DNA of 64,000 nucleotides, taken from assembly GCA_051294375.1 (NCBI GenBank), contig CM119265.1, positions 14,334,414-14,398,413 of the forward strand, read 5' to 3'. A model generated the notes under the pieces. That model saw nothing but the letters and a program-made list of their open reading frames with translations. It was not told the origin of the DNA and did not search any database. Shown one piece after another: positions 12,701 through 27,888 of this stretch. The stretch comes from Paraspadella gotoi (taxonomy: Eukaryota > Animalia > Chaetognatha). Each line of letters starts with the position of its first letter. The first letter of the stretch is position 1. The position numbers and the translations under genes are program-made.

Positions 12701-13800
12701 CAGAAGCACGACTCTGATTCAATAGAGGACGACGGTCTTCCTTGGGAGGTGGATGCCCTGTCAGATTTAGACGATGACGTCAACGCGGTGGGCACCAATT
12801 CTCCTCTCGAAACTTTTCTCGCATCACATGGCCTCCAGAATTTTCTCAATGTTCTTGCGACGGAAAAAATTGATCTTGAGACATTGTGTCTTTGTAGGTA
12901 ATTTTTAGTCAGATCCCGACTCTATAATTCACTTTGTCAGTCCATCGGTCCGCCCTCTCCATCTTGTCGGGCATTCACTTATATCATGTCAGAACATCAA
13001 ATTATGATAAATTATGCAAAAAAAAACTGTCCGTCCGTCGGTCCCAACTTAGCAAAAAACACCAATTACTCGTGATTGGATGGATGGATTGGAATGAAAT
13101 TTTGTGTGTGGGTAGGGAAGTGTGTGATTGAGCTGGATATGAAGTTTCGTCCTAGTGGAAATGAGTTTAAATGGAAAAAACAAACAAATATATTTCACTA
13201 TTTGAACACCAATTACTCGTGATTGGATTGGGCGATTGACTTGAAATTTTGTATTTGGGTAGAAAAGCGTGTGATTAAACTGGAAATCAAGTTTCGATGG
13301 AATTGTTTGAGTGGAAATGAGTTTAAATGGAAAAAACAAAGAACCTGTTTCACTAATTGATTATGCTTCTTTTTATTTTAATTTTAAATGTAAATGCAAG
13401 ATGTATTAATTAATCAAATAATTAATCAGTTAATTAATCAATTAATCAATCAAAACAAACATTTCGATCAAATTAATTAGTTGCCTAATTAATTAAATAA
13501 TTAACTTGAATAAAGTAATTATTAATTAACTTGAATTCATTATTAATTAATTAATTAATTACCGATAATGATCGTGGGCAGATCCGACATTGTTTGCTCA
13601 AACTTGTTATATCAACGGGTTAAATTCTATTTAGGACCATCAATGCAGTATAAACTAATGATTACGTTTTCGTTTTTAGCGATGAAGATCTCAAGGAAAT
13701 TGGGCTTCCACTCGGACCAAGGCGAAAAATTTTGGATATTGTTGAACGCAGGGGAGAAAAATTGAAATTCCCAGAAACTATTATGGATTTGTGGCTTTAG
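9775..13800 (+). CDS. USH1G: USH1G/SANS (ANKS4B family) ankyrin-SAM scaffold protein
   Basis: [15 protein letters not shown]|[26 protein letters not shown] ankyrin repeats; central [13 protein letters not shown]; LPWEVD; SAM domain [12 protein letters not shown]...[30 protein letters not shown]. About 6 exons. Confidence 0.9.
11468..11658 (-). mobile_element. T1 element copy 3 (internally deleted), TSD GTAA
   Basis: GTAA at 11464-11467 and 11659-11662. Confidence 0.88.
12291..12530 (-). mobile_element. 3' fragment of an RLE-type (CRE-like) non-LTR retrotransposon
   Basis: [23 protein letters not shown]...[13 protein letters not shown] resembles the post-endonuclease C-terminus (FxPLxxxTxGxW...RLS) of CRE/NeSL-type elements. 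A homologous copy lies at ~40327-40500. Confidence 0.65.
12906..13608 (+). mobile_element. Non-autonomous Helentron-type (DINE/HINE-like) element, family A
   Basis: 5' tagtcagatc...cgactcta, internal (GTCC)n, 3' subTIR gcagatccgac plus hairpin gtttgctcaaac, T-rich flanks. Same ends at 30833-31438; same 3' end at 53611-53643. Confidence 0.65.
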
Positions 13801-15188
13801 AAATGTTACAAAATTTTGTTCGATCGTTTCAATTTTTTTTATCGCAATCGCTTGCGCTTGCGACGATTATTGGACGATGGATTCATTGATTAAATAATTA
13901 TTTCTTGATTCCTTACTTATTTAAAACCTTTTTGACATTTAGTTAATTATTGACCTCGCAGCAATTTTTTTTCGGAAGAGGTTGCCTTACTTTTCTTGAT
14001 TTTAATTTATTCGATGAATATGTTAAAAGTGAAATTACTTGTTCTATATTTTATTCTCACACTGATCGTCCCGTCCACTATTTCTGTTTTCTGAGAAGTT
14101 CAGTTTGGAGTATTTTAGCTGAATTAAGTAATTTTTTTATTTCGTTAAATATAACTAGATTGTTATTTGCCATCATCACCTCCACCGGTTACTCCTTTTG
14201 AAATATGTCTCATATTGGTTAGGGCATTTAAAAATAACAAAATATAACAAATCGAATAAGGTACATAGCTATTTGTATAGACTATAGTTTCATCTTCTTT
14301 GTCGAGAATGACGATTTTAGCAGCATATAAGGTGCTGTTCAAATAGAACAAACATTGTTGAGTATAAGAAACTCAAATTATTAAAATTTTAAAAAAGCCA
14401 TATTTAACTTACATAATATTAATATTATTATATTATTAATATTATTATATTATTATTATTAATATTATTAATATGAAAAGAAAGACCCATATAAATATTT
14501 CGGTAAGTTTATTTACAAATTTTATATTTTATTAACTGTTAGCTATATTTATTAATAAATAATAATAAAAAATAAGATAAAGTGAAAAAACAAAAACTTA
14601 CAATTCTAAAACTGGATTTGAATTCCTTACAAAAAGTAGACATAAGAAAGTATAATCCATTTTAACAAATTCTTTCATTAAGTTGGTTAAAAATGTTAAA
14701 AACTATTCTTTTTATTTAATTTTATAATTTTTGGCTTAAAATTATCGTTTTTTAGAATTTTGACCAACTTAATGGCATAATTTTGGAATAAAAATTAGAT
14801 TTTCTTTTATCAACTTTTTGCAAGGAATGCAAATCCAGGAATAAAATTTTGAAATTATTATTTTTTAACTTTAACCTAATTTTTACTCATAATTATTAAT
14901 AAATAACTTTTTATAAAATTGTTATTTTTATATTTCAAAAGCTCATGTAAATTTTATAAAAATTTAATAATTTGATTTATCATAACTTATAATTATTTTA
15001 TGACAATTTAATATACATTAAAAATCGTCATTTTCGACAAGAAAGATAAAATTATACAAAAAAATGGTTATCACCATCGAATTCTACGGACTTGTTTACG
15101 CTAAAATAGCTAAGTACCTTATTCGATTTGTAATATTTTATTTTTAGACGCCCTAATAATGGTGTATTTATTTAGGTACGTCTTTTAA

Positions 15189-19388
<4,200 letters not shown>

Positions 19389-19503
19389 ATTTTTTGTTTG
19401 ATTTTAGTCTCACTCTATATCAGTTTTGTCTTTCGACGGATTAAGTAAATCGTTCAGTTTTTGTTTCTCTTCATTTCAGTTTACTATGTCATAACTAATA
19501 ATT

Positions 19504-22500
19504 ATGTTTTCGTTACGATTGCCGATTTTTCGACGCGTTGTTTCGTCAACCGTCAGCAGTGGCGCCGCGCCCACTGTCGTAACGCAGGTTAGATAAGGAT
19601 ATAATAAAACAAGCAAAGGACGTCTTTAAAAGTTTCAAGAAGATCCACAGGTAAAGACCTAAAAAAATGGCGACATCACCCATATAATCTATGTATTGGT
19701 CATGTTGAAGATTTCATTAGTCCTGAAAAAATTTTTTGTGCTCGTCCTATAAAACGTGACTCGAATTTTTGTCCGGAGAATTTAAAAAAATCAAGATTCT
19801 CCCCACCGTAAAAAATATCAACTAGATTACAAAACAGGAAGCCCTTGACTTTTCCCGGCTCTTAAAAAAATTAAAAGAGACAAGAACTGTATTGAATAGC
19901 AGAAAGTGAAGTTCAAAGCAGAAAACCAGAACCTCAAAGAATTCGAAAATCAGAAAACTTAAAAAAGAGATCTGAACTTTGCCTTTCTACAGGGGACATT
20001 AAACTTTGATTTTTCAAAAGGATGAGGGTACTCAAAAAAAATGTTATGACTTGTGATTGATTTTTCACATTAATAAAAATTGTATTTAAATTGGTCACTG
20101 AGCTATTAAAATTCTTTCGAGGTCGATATCTGTGGATCTCCTTGTACTTATAACATAAAAGATCGTAAATGATTACTCTATTAGGGGAAGCCTAACTCAG
20201 TAAGGTGGTAAAGAAATTTGAATTAAGCACCTGTTCAAACGAAAATTTAGACATTTTTAAAAAAATTTGAATATTACTCCATATATTAATTTTTTAATAT
20301 TTATTTATAAATAGGAAAGGCTAAAAAATTTTTAAGGAAAAACTATTTATAATCATCATCATCTTTCGATAATTTTATTACTTTTCTTAATTTTGACCAA
20401 GAAAACATATAACTACAACGTTCAAAAATTTTTATTTTTTATTTAACTCTTTATGCTCTATCAGAATCCATCAAAAAAGTTAAGATTGATTAAAAAAATT
20501 GTATCATTATATAGTAATATTGTAATTTTGATAGCAACAATAAAAGCATTAAAATCGAAATTTTTTAAAAATTCTTTTTTTTACCTGAAAGAGACTTCAA
20601 GACTAAAGTTTTGAACCCCGCCCCTATTGAATTTAATTTCATAGTAGATATCTAACTCTATTCTCCATTCTTCCTTCTTTTTTTCTTGCGTTTTCTTTTT
20701 TTTAATTTTTTTTTCTTGCTTGCTTTCTTTCTTGCTTGTTTTCTCTCTTTATTTCTTTCCTTTTTTCCCTTTTTCTTTCTCGCTTAGGGGGAATTGACAG
20801 GTGGATAGATAATTTTTTATAATTAAATGTTTTGAGATGATCTACTCGATTTCAAATGGGAGTGCAATGAAAAGATTTGTTATTACTCTTAATGGATATT
20901 TTATAATTTCATTAGTTAAAAAATTCCTTGACGTTTAGGTTCTCATATATAGCAAATTGATAATACTTTACATCATAACCACTGATACGCTTGTCTTCCA
21001 GCAGCTTTTTTTGCAACATTTTTTCACTCTTATTTGATAGTTCTATTTTAAACTCATTGTGAAAAAATTGAGCCAAAAATTGGTTAGTATGATGTTTTGT
21101 GAGCATGTAAAAAAATCTTATTAATATATTTCGAGGTTTAGCGAGGCTGTTGCCAGATTCTTGTTTTTTTCTTATTTTTTTTTATACTGAAATTCTTATT
21201 TTCTATAAGTTTTAACTAGAAAAACTATAAAATAAAAATGGTTGTGAATAAGCTTTTGACATTCTGATTGCTCAGGCACATACTCAAATGTTTATATCTT
21301 TAAGATAACCAAAATTTTTCAATTTTTTTTTTATAAAAATATATCTTATAACAGGAAGGTCCTTTTTAAATGCAAACAATTTTCGTTTTTGAAATTCGAC
21401 AATGCCATTAACGACCACATAACTAAGGAAGTTGGACGACTGGGAGTTGAAAAATAAAAAACGTCAGCGATTTTTTTACCAGAGAGCATAATCTGAAGTT
21501 GCAAATTATTTAGCCAGTATTTTTTCCTTTCATTTCACTCCCATTTCACTCCGAGCTACCGACGGAACGACGATGTTAATTATAGAATCGGACTGCGATA
21601 AGCAGATCAGACTAAAAAAAACCGTTTCGTTTGTCTTCAGCGGGGAAAAGCAGCGGCGGCTCAACCTTTACCGGAAATGGTGGAAGTTTTCGTCGATGGT
21701 CGGCCGGTCCAAGTTCTCGCGGGTTCCACTCTTTTGCAGGTTGTTGTTTAATAAATACTAAATAGTCTTGGCATTGATCTTTTACACAAAATTTTATGAA
21801 ACGTTTTCGTCCTATGAATTTTAGGCATGTGCCGAGGCAGGGGTAGAAATTCCCAGATTTTGTTACCACGAACGATTGTCTGTCGCGGGGAATTGTAGAA
21901 TGTGTTTGGTTGAGATCGAAAAGTCACCTAAATGCGCCGGTAAATTGCTATACTAATTTCGTTCTTACTGAGCTCGCTGTAATTCTTTATTTAAAAATTG
22001 CATTTTATAGCGGCCTGCGCCATGCCAGTTATGAAAGGAATGCGGATTCTGACGGATTCCGAAAAAACGAAAAAGGCCCGAGAAGGCGTCATGGAATTTT
22101 TGTTAGTCAATCATCCTTTGGATTGCCCGATTTGTGACCAGGTCATTGTCTAAAGCTGCATTTTTTTGGTTCAACTCTCTCATTAAAAAAAAAAATATAT
22201 TGGCTTTCATTCAGGGTGGCGAGTGCGACTTGCAGGATCAGAGCATGGCTTTTGGCAGTGATCGCTCTCGTTTCGTTGACATGGATTTTTTGGGAAAACG
22301 CGCCGTAGAGGACAAGAATATCGGGCCCCTAATAAAAACCATTATGACTAGATGCATACAGGTGTCTCTCGCTCACGTTTGGCTTGTGGTTGTTTAATGA
22401 ATTGTCTAAATAATAGACTCTCATTTGTTCAGTGCACTCGTTGCGTCAGGTTCGGTAACGAGATCGCTGGTGTGGAACAGCTCGGAACCACCGGTCGTGG

Positions 22501-25500
22501 TAGCAATCTCCAGATCGGGACTTACATTGAACAGGTTATCATTTTGGGGGGGGGGGCGAATTTGAGCACTAAATTTATAATTTTTATTTTAAATACGTAG
22601 ATGTTCACGAGCGAACTGTCGGGCAACGTGATCGATATATGTCCGGTTGGAGCCCTCACGTCCAAACCGTACGCCTTTACCGCCCGTCCCTGGGAGCTTC
22701 GCCGCACCGAGTCGATCGACGTCCTCGACGGTATCGGCTGCAACATCGTCGTCAATCACCGCGCGGGCGAGGTTCTTCGAATACTGCCAAGAATCCACGA
22801 GGAGATCAACGAAGAGTGGATCAACGATAAAACTCGTTTCGCCTACGACGGGCTCAAACGCCAAAGACTAACGCAGCCATACGTCGCTGACCCATCAACT
22901 GACCAGCTCTTCCCCGTCGACTGGGAGGACGCGCTCCGTATTACGGCCAAGGCCCTGAAGTCCGTGAGTTGTCCCTGACTTGGGTCGTTAGAATTTAAAT
23001 AAGAAAAAAAAACTGAAGAGCAAATTTTTAAATTTTCTTTGCCTGAAAACTTTTGAAGGTCAAAGGATCGGAAATGGTGGCTTTAGTCGGCCAACACGCC
23101 GATGCTGAGGCCATCGTGGCGTTGAAGGATTTGATGAATCGTCTCGGCTGCGAGACCATCTGTACCGAAGAGGACTTTCCAGGTGGACCTGATCTCAGGT
23201 CTTCCTACATTTTTAACTCAACCATAATCCGGATCGAAGAAGCCGACAAAATTTTGTTAGTGGGATGCAATCCAAGGTAAAACTCTAAGCCCGGGCCACT
23301 TCGTCGCTTTACGTACAAGTCATAATACTTATCTCATCTCATTTCCTAAAGATTCGAAGCAACGTTAGTCAACGCTCGACTGCGCAAAAGTCACATACAC
23401 AACGAAATGGACCTCGCGCTAATAGGCACGCCCGTTGATCTAACTTACCCTTATCAGCACCTCGGCGATAATGCCAGCATTGTCGAGGCTATCTTGCACG
23501 ACAAACATCCTTACGCTCAGACGTTGAACAATGCGGAGGCGAGTTTGAAAGTTTTACTTTGAGTGATAATGAGCATCCAATCAAATACCTTTTTCTCACG
23601 TTCGCAGAAACCGATGGTGATTGTGGGCAGCATGGCATTGAAGGGTCCGTGTGGTGATTCGCTTTTAAAGGCTTCATTAGCCTTAGGAGAGAAGCTTAAA
23701 AGGGGAAGGAAAAACTGGGAGGCGTTCAACGTCCTTCATGGTTCCGCCTCTCAGGTTGGAAGACGATTTTTAAGTTAAACATTTTAATGTTTCCTTTTAT
23801 GAATACATAAGGCTTCATACGTTCGTTAATTAAAGCTACCTGCTACTCGACCAGATCAAAAAATATAATTTTTTATTCTAAATAGGTCACCAAGTAGGAT
23901 CATTTTATAGAATATTTCATTTTACAAATTGAACAAAGCTTACTCTTGTAGTAAAAACTAAGTAATTGCTAAAAATACTTTTCAGCGAAAATGTTTAAAT
24001 CATTTATTTTTTAATATTTTTTATAATATTATGAAAGTAAAGTGTTAAAGCGTTTTACGACAACCTCATATTTTTAGTTACAGAGCTTTTATAATTGATT
24101 ATTAATGTTTTATAAAATATATATGATCCTGTCCTTACCTCTGATCACTGTCCTTTTCTTAATTCTTTGTTGAAACCTTTGGTCTCTCTCTCTTTATCTC
24201 TCTCTCTCTTCTCCCATGATTTACTATGAAATTTATACAATTGTTAAATCGTGCTCATGACTCGAAATAGAGTTGAAATAGGTCTGTTTTTATTTTAAAT
24301 AAAAACTGTTGCTGAGGAAAAACAATTTTTGCTAACCAAAAGTAAAAAATATTTTTGACTATTTTTTGCCCCTATGGGCGAGAAACCGGGGGCTCAGGGG
24401 TCAAATATTAAAATTCGCCTCGATAGTTCTATTTGTATTTGGTCCAGTAGTTTTTTAGGAATAGATTCTGGTCAGTATTAAAAAAAAAATTACCACCACA
24501 TTTTATAATATGAAGCCTTCTGTATTCGCTTCAATCTTTTCACTTCACATTCTCAGGTTGGTGCGCTCGACGCCGGTCTTACGCCTGGCGTGGGGGCCAT
24601 CAAAGACATGCGGCCTAAGGCTAAGCTTTTGTTCATGCTAGGCGCGGACCAAGGAAAGATTATTTTTGATGGAGAATGTGGATCGGATTTGGCCGGTGAT
24701 TTAAATATAATAATGTCTTTTCGTAATCCGTTTAAAATATTACCCCAGGTTGTTTTATCAATTATTTCTTTTACAGAGGGCGCGACAGTGATATATTTAG
24801 GATCTCATGGTGATCACGGCGTCAACCACTCTGATATCGTCCTCCCTGGTGCAGCTTACACGGAAAAGTCAGGTCAGTTTTCGACGGAATTAACTCGACA
24901 TAAACAAAATTTGAAAAATCTTAAAGCCCATCTGCTTAATTCAATCTGTGAATAAGTTCGGTAAGAGACAAATAAGACGTCCACCACAATGGCATGCTAG
25001 AACGTGTTTAATATTAATAATCGACCTATATTCAGCTACGTATGTAAACACGGAAGGGCGTGCTCAACGCACGTTTGCGGCGATTCAACCACCGGGTCAT
25101 GCGAGAGAAGATTGGAAAATCATTCGCGCTATTAGCGAAATCGCTGGGGTGACCTTGCCTTACGATAACATCGGCGAAATGAGAGCCCGACTTGCGCAGG
25201 TTCGGACTTACATGAGTGTAGAACTGTAGATTGTACACTGTAGATTATATCTTGATTACGGGTTCGTAACTACAGTATAAATATGATAACGAAATATTTT
25301 TAGGTATCCCCGACGTTGACGGACTACGGTCACATTACAGAAGCTAACTTTACTAGCGTCGCCGTCGACATAACGTCCTCCGCTTCGGCGATTGAAAATG
25401 ATCATATTCTTAGAGCCCCTATCGTCACTTTAAAGGATTTTTATCAGACCTGCGTCATTTCGCGGGCCTCCACAACCATGGCGCGCTGTGTCGCCGCCGC

Positions 25501-25528
25501 AAAGTTCGCCGAAGAAAATCCGCAGTAA
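19504..25528 (+). CDS. NDUFS1: NADH:ubiquinone oxidoreductase 75 kDa Fe-S subunit
   Basis: Inferred exon 1 (19504-19587) [28 protein letters not shown] is a mitochondrial presequence joining in phase to 21641 [20 protein letters not shown]. Motifs [71 protein letters not shown]. Confidence 0.96.
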
Positions 25529-25853
25529 ATTTCCCTATTTTCCCATTACTATTTATTGCGCCCTTTATGGAAACAACGATAAGGATGATATACTTAAGTA
25601 GATCTGCGTCGTCCATTCATAAAATTAAATTTAAAAATCAATCGGATTTCTCTGTTTGGCACAAAATAATTTACTTTGTATGATAAACCCTCGGACTCCC
25701 TTTGCTACCTTTGTTTATGTAATTGTTATAACTTCTGCTGTAGGATTATCTTAGAAACATTATTAAATTCACGACAAACTTTGAAACAACTCGCTTCTCG
25801 CGTGGTGGATGGGTTTGTGAAAAAAAAATGAGCGCATTCCATGTCCACCAGTC

Positions 25854-27589
25854 ATGTTGGCTCTTGCGATTTCCCTCGTAGATGTTATCTACTCCTTTTA
25901 TCTAAAGTTCCGCCGTTCCTCAAACGTCGACGATGAGGAAATGACGATCTTCGACTTGCCTCGGGATAGATATAATGGTGTAACTCTAGACACTGCCAGA
26001 GACGCGCTGTCCTTGGATGAAAACGCTTTTCGAAATAAATTGAAAAAATCCATCGATATTTGGGAAGGCACCGGGGTCAGTATCGTGTTGCTATGAACAA
26101 TTTTAGCTGTGGTTGATAGTAAATAAAATCTGTGAAATTAAATTTAGGTAGGCGCAGTGACAATATTCATTCGCCTAACGCATGCGTCTCTGGTCCCCGT
26201 TTGCGCCTCCCTTGGATTTGAGTTTCACCACGCGAAGGCCGACTACGTCTTCATGCTTCGATGGCTGCCGCGTCGTCAGCCATGCAAGTTCCCTCGTTAC
26301 GGGAGCACTTACATTGGCGTTGGAGGGTTAGTTGTTAACGATAATGAGGAGATATTGGTCGTTCAGGAACGTTATTTTCGTCGGCCTCATTGGAAGGTTA
26401 GATAGTTAATAATGACTATTGTATAATGGAGTTATCAAATTTGAAATATTTTATGTCAGCTTCCCGGTGGCCTTGCGGAACCAGGCGAAGACCTTCAGGC
26501 GACGGCCGTTCGGGAGGTGCGGGAAGAGACCGGAATCGCGACGCGTTTTGTTTGCGTTTTATGTTTTCGCCACGCCCATTTTTATCAATTTGGTTGCGCC
26601 GATTTGTACTTCGTTTGCCTTTTGCGCCCATTACTCGAAGGTCTTAGTGACGCAGACATTCGACGTCAAGATTCGGAAATCGAACAGGTAATGTTCGGTT
26701 ATGGCAACGGGAGGATAGCCTGTGATACCCGGGGCGCAGGGTATCTCACCAACTGGCGTAGGGGCTGCGGACCCTCAGTGACCGCCTCCTGTCACTGGCA
26801 TGTTTATACCGGCACCGTCACATTTAAGCCAGAACCGAGATACCCGGGGATTGAACCCGGGACGCACGGATGGAATGAGATGATTTAGCCTGCTCAGCCA
26901 TTGAGACGAGGCTGAGGACGGACAGCAGTGAGGCAGCTTTAAGTCTTGCTGCCACACGGTACGATTTTTGTGGGGAAAACTTCTGGGATTGATAAATTGA
27001 TAAATTCGCCTCCCGTATAGCTTGGTGATACTCGGCTCGTTCCATTGGCTTGGACAGCTAAGTACTCATTCACCAACCGTGAGTTCCGGGTACAATCCCT
27101 ACACGGTCACGCTGGTTAAGTGTGATGGTGTCAGCATAAACACGCCAGTGACATGGGTTGGTCACTGTAGGTCCAAAGCCCTAAGCGCCAGCTGTCCTTA
27201 GATGCCTCACGCCCCGGGCATCACCATTGCCATACTATCATACTTGCCAACCTTCATTTCAGTGTCAATGGATGCCCATTGAAGAATACGCTACATCGCC
27301 GCTTGTCTCTGAACAAAATCGTTTCGTTGTCCAGCTCTATCTCAGATTACGCGGAACCCGTTCCATCGATGCTACGCCTTTCGGCGAGCATCGAATGAAT
27401 GGAATCGGATTGCCGAATTCTCTTCCGAGAGATGCGAACCAAGCCGGAGTCGACCACTTCAACGGCGAAAACTACCTCAGCAACATAGGAAATTCTTTAG
27501 ATTTTGTCATCGTACAAAACTTAGTTCCGAGTCACGACGGCCGCGCGATGAACGCTTGCTACAGCGTTGATCGCATTCCTCTGGATTAA
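25854..27589 (+). CDS. NUDT6: Nudix hydrolase, NUDT6-like (start at 25854 or 25941)
   Basis: DRYNGV; GFEFHHA; PRYGSTYIGVGGLV; WK|LPGGLAEPGEDLQATAVREVREETGI (Nudix box); FRHAHFYQFGCADLYFVC. 4 exons. Confidence 0.9.
26716..27236. mobile_element. Head-to-head pair of diverged tRNA-derived elements (family T2) in a NUDT6 intron
   Basis: Minus copy ~26915-26716 has A-box TGGCTGAGCAGG and B-box GGGTTCAATCCC. Plus copy ~27017-27236 shares gccagtgac...gtcactg and ccccgggyatcac. A related fragment lies at ~39240-39300. Confidence 0.65.
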
Positions 27590-27739
27590 TTATTTAAAAA
27601 AATTGACTTCTTATACTCATGAACTAATTTTTCATGTTTTCATTTTTGCATTTGAAGGGGCATTTCATTTACACTTGTTATGGTTTATAGATTTTGAAAT
27701 ACTTTTTTTAAATATTAGTTAATAAAAAGGTTCTGGACT

Positions 27740-27766
27740 ATTTGCAGCAACAGTGATTGTTCAAAT
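27740..27766 (+). promoter_or_regulatory. Iron-responsive element (IRE) upstream of ferritin
   Basis: ATTTG-C(bulge)-AGCAA-CAGTGA-TTGTT-CAAAT: CAGUGN loop, 5-bp upper stem (one G-U), unpaired C, 5-bp lower stem; 122 nt upstream of the ferritin ATG. Confidence 0.9.
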
Positions 27767-27888
27767 TGGACCAGGCTTAGGTATCGTTTTAAAATTTAAA
27801 AGAAATTATAATTTGCCATTAATCCAAACTTTCAAACCTCTTGAAACATGCTTATAGGGTTCTTTCATTTTGCCTTCGAATTACCGTC

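Noticed and set aside
21573-21761. ATG at 21573 as the NDUFS1 start
   Set aside because: It is out of frame with the conserved exon; the presequence exon at 19504-19587 splices in phase.
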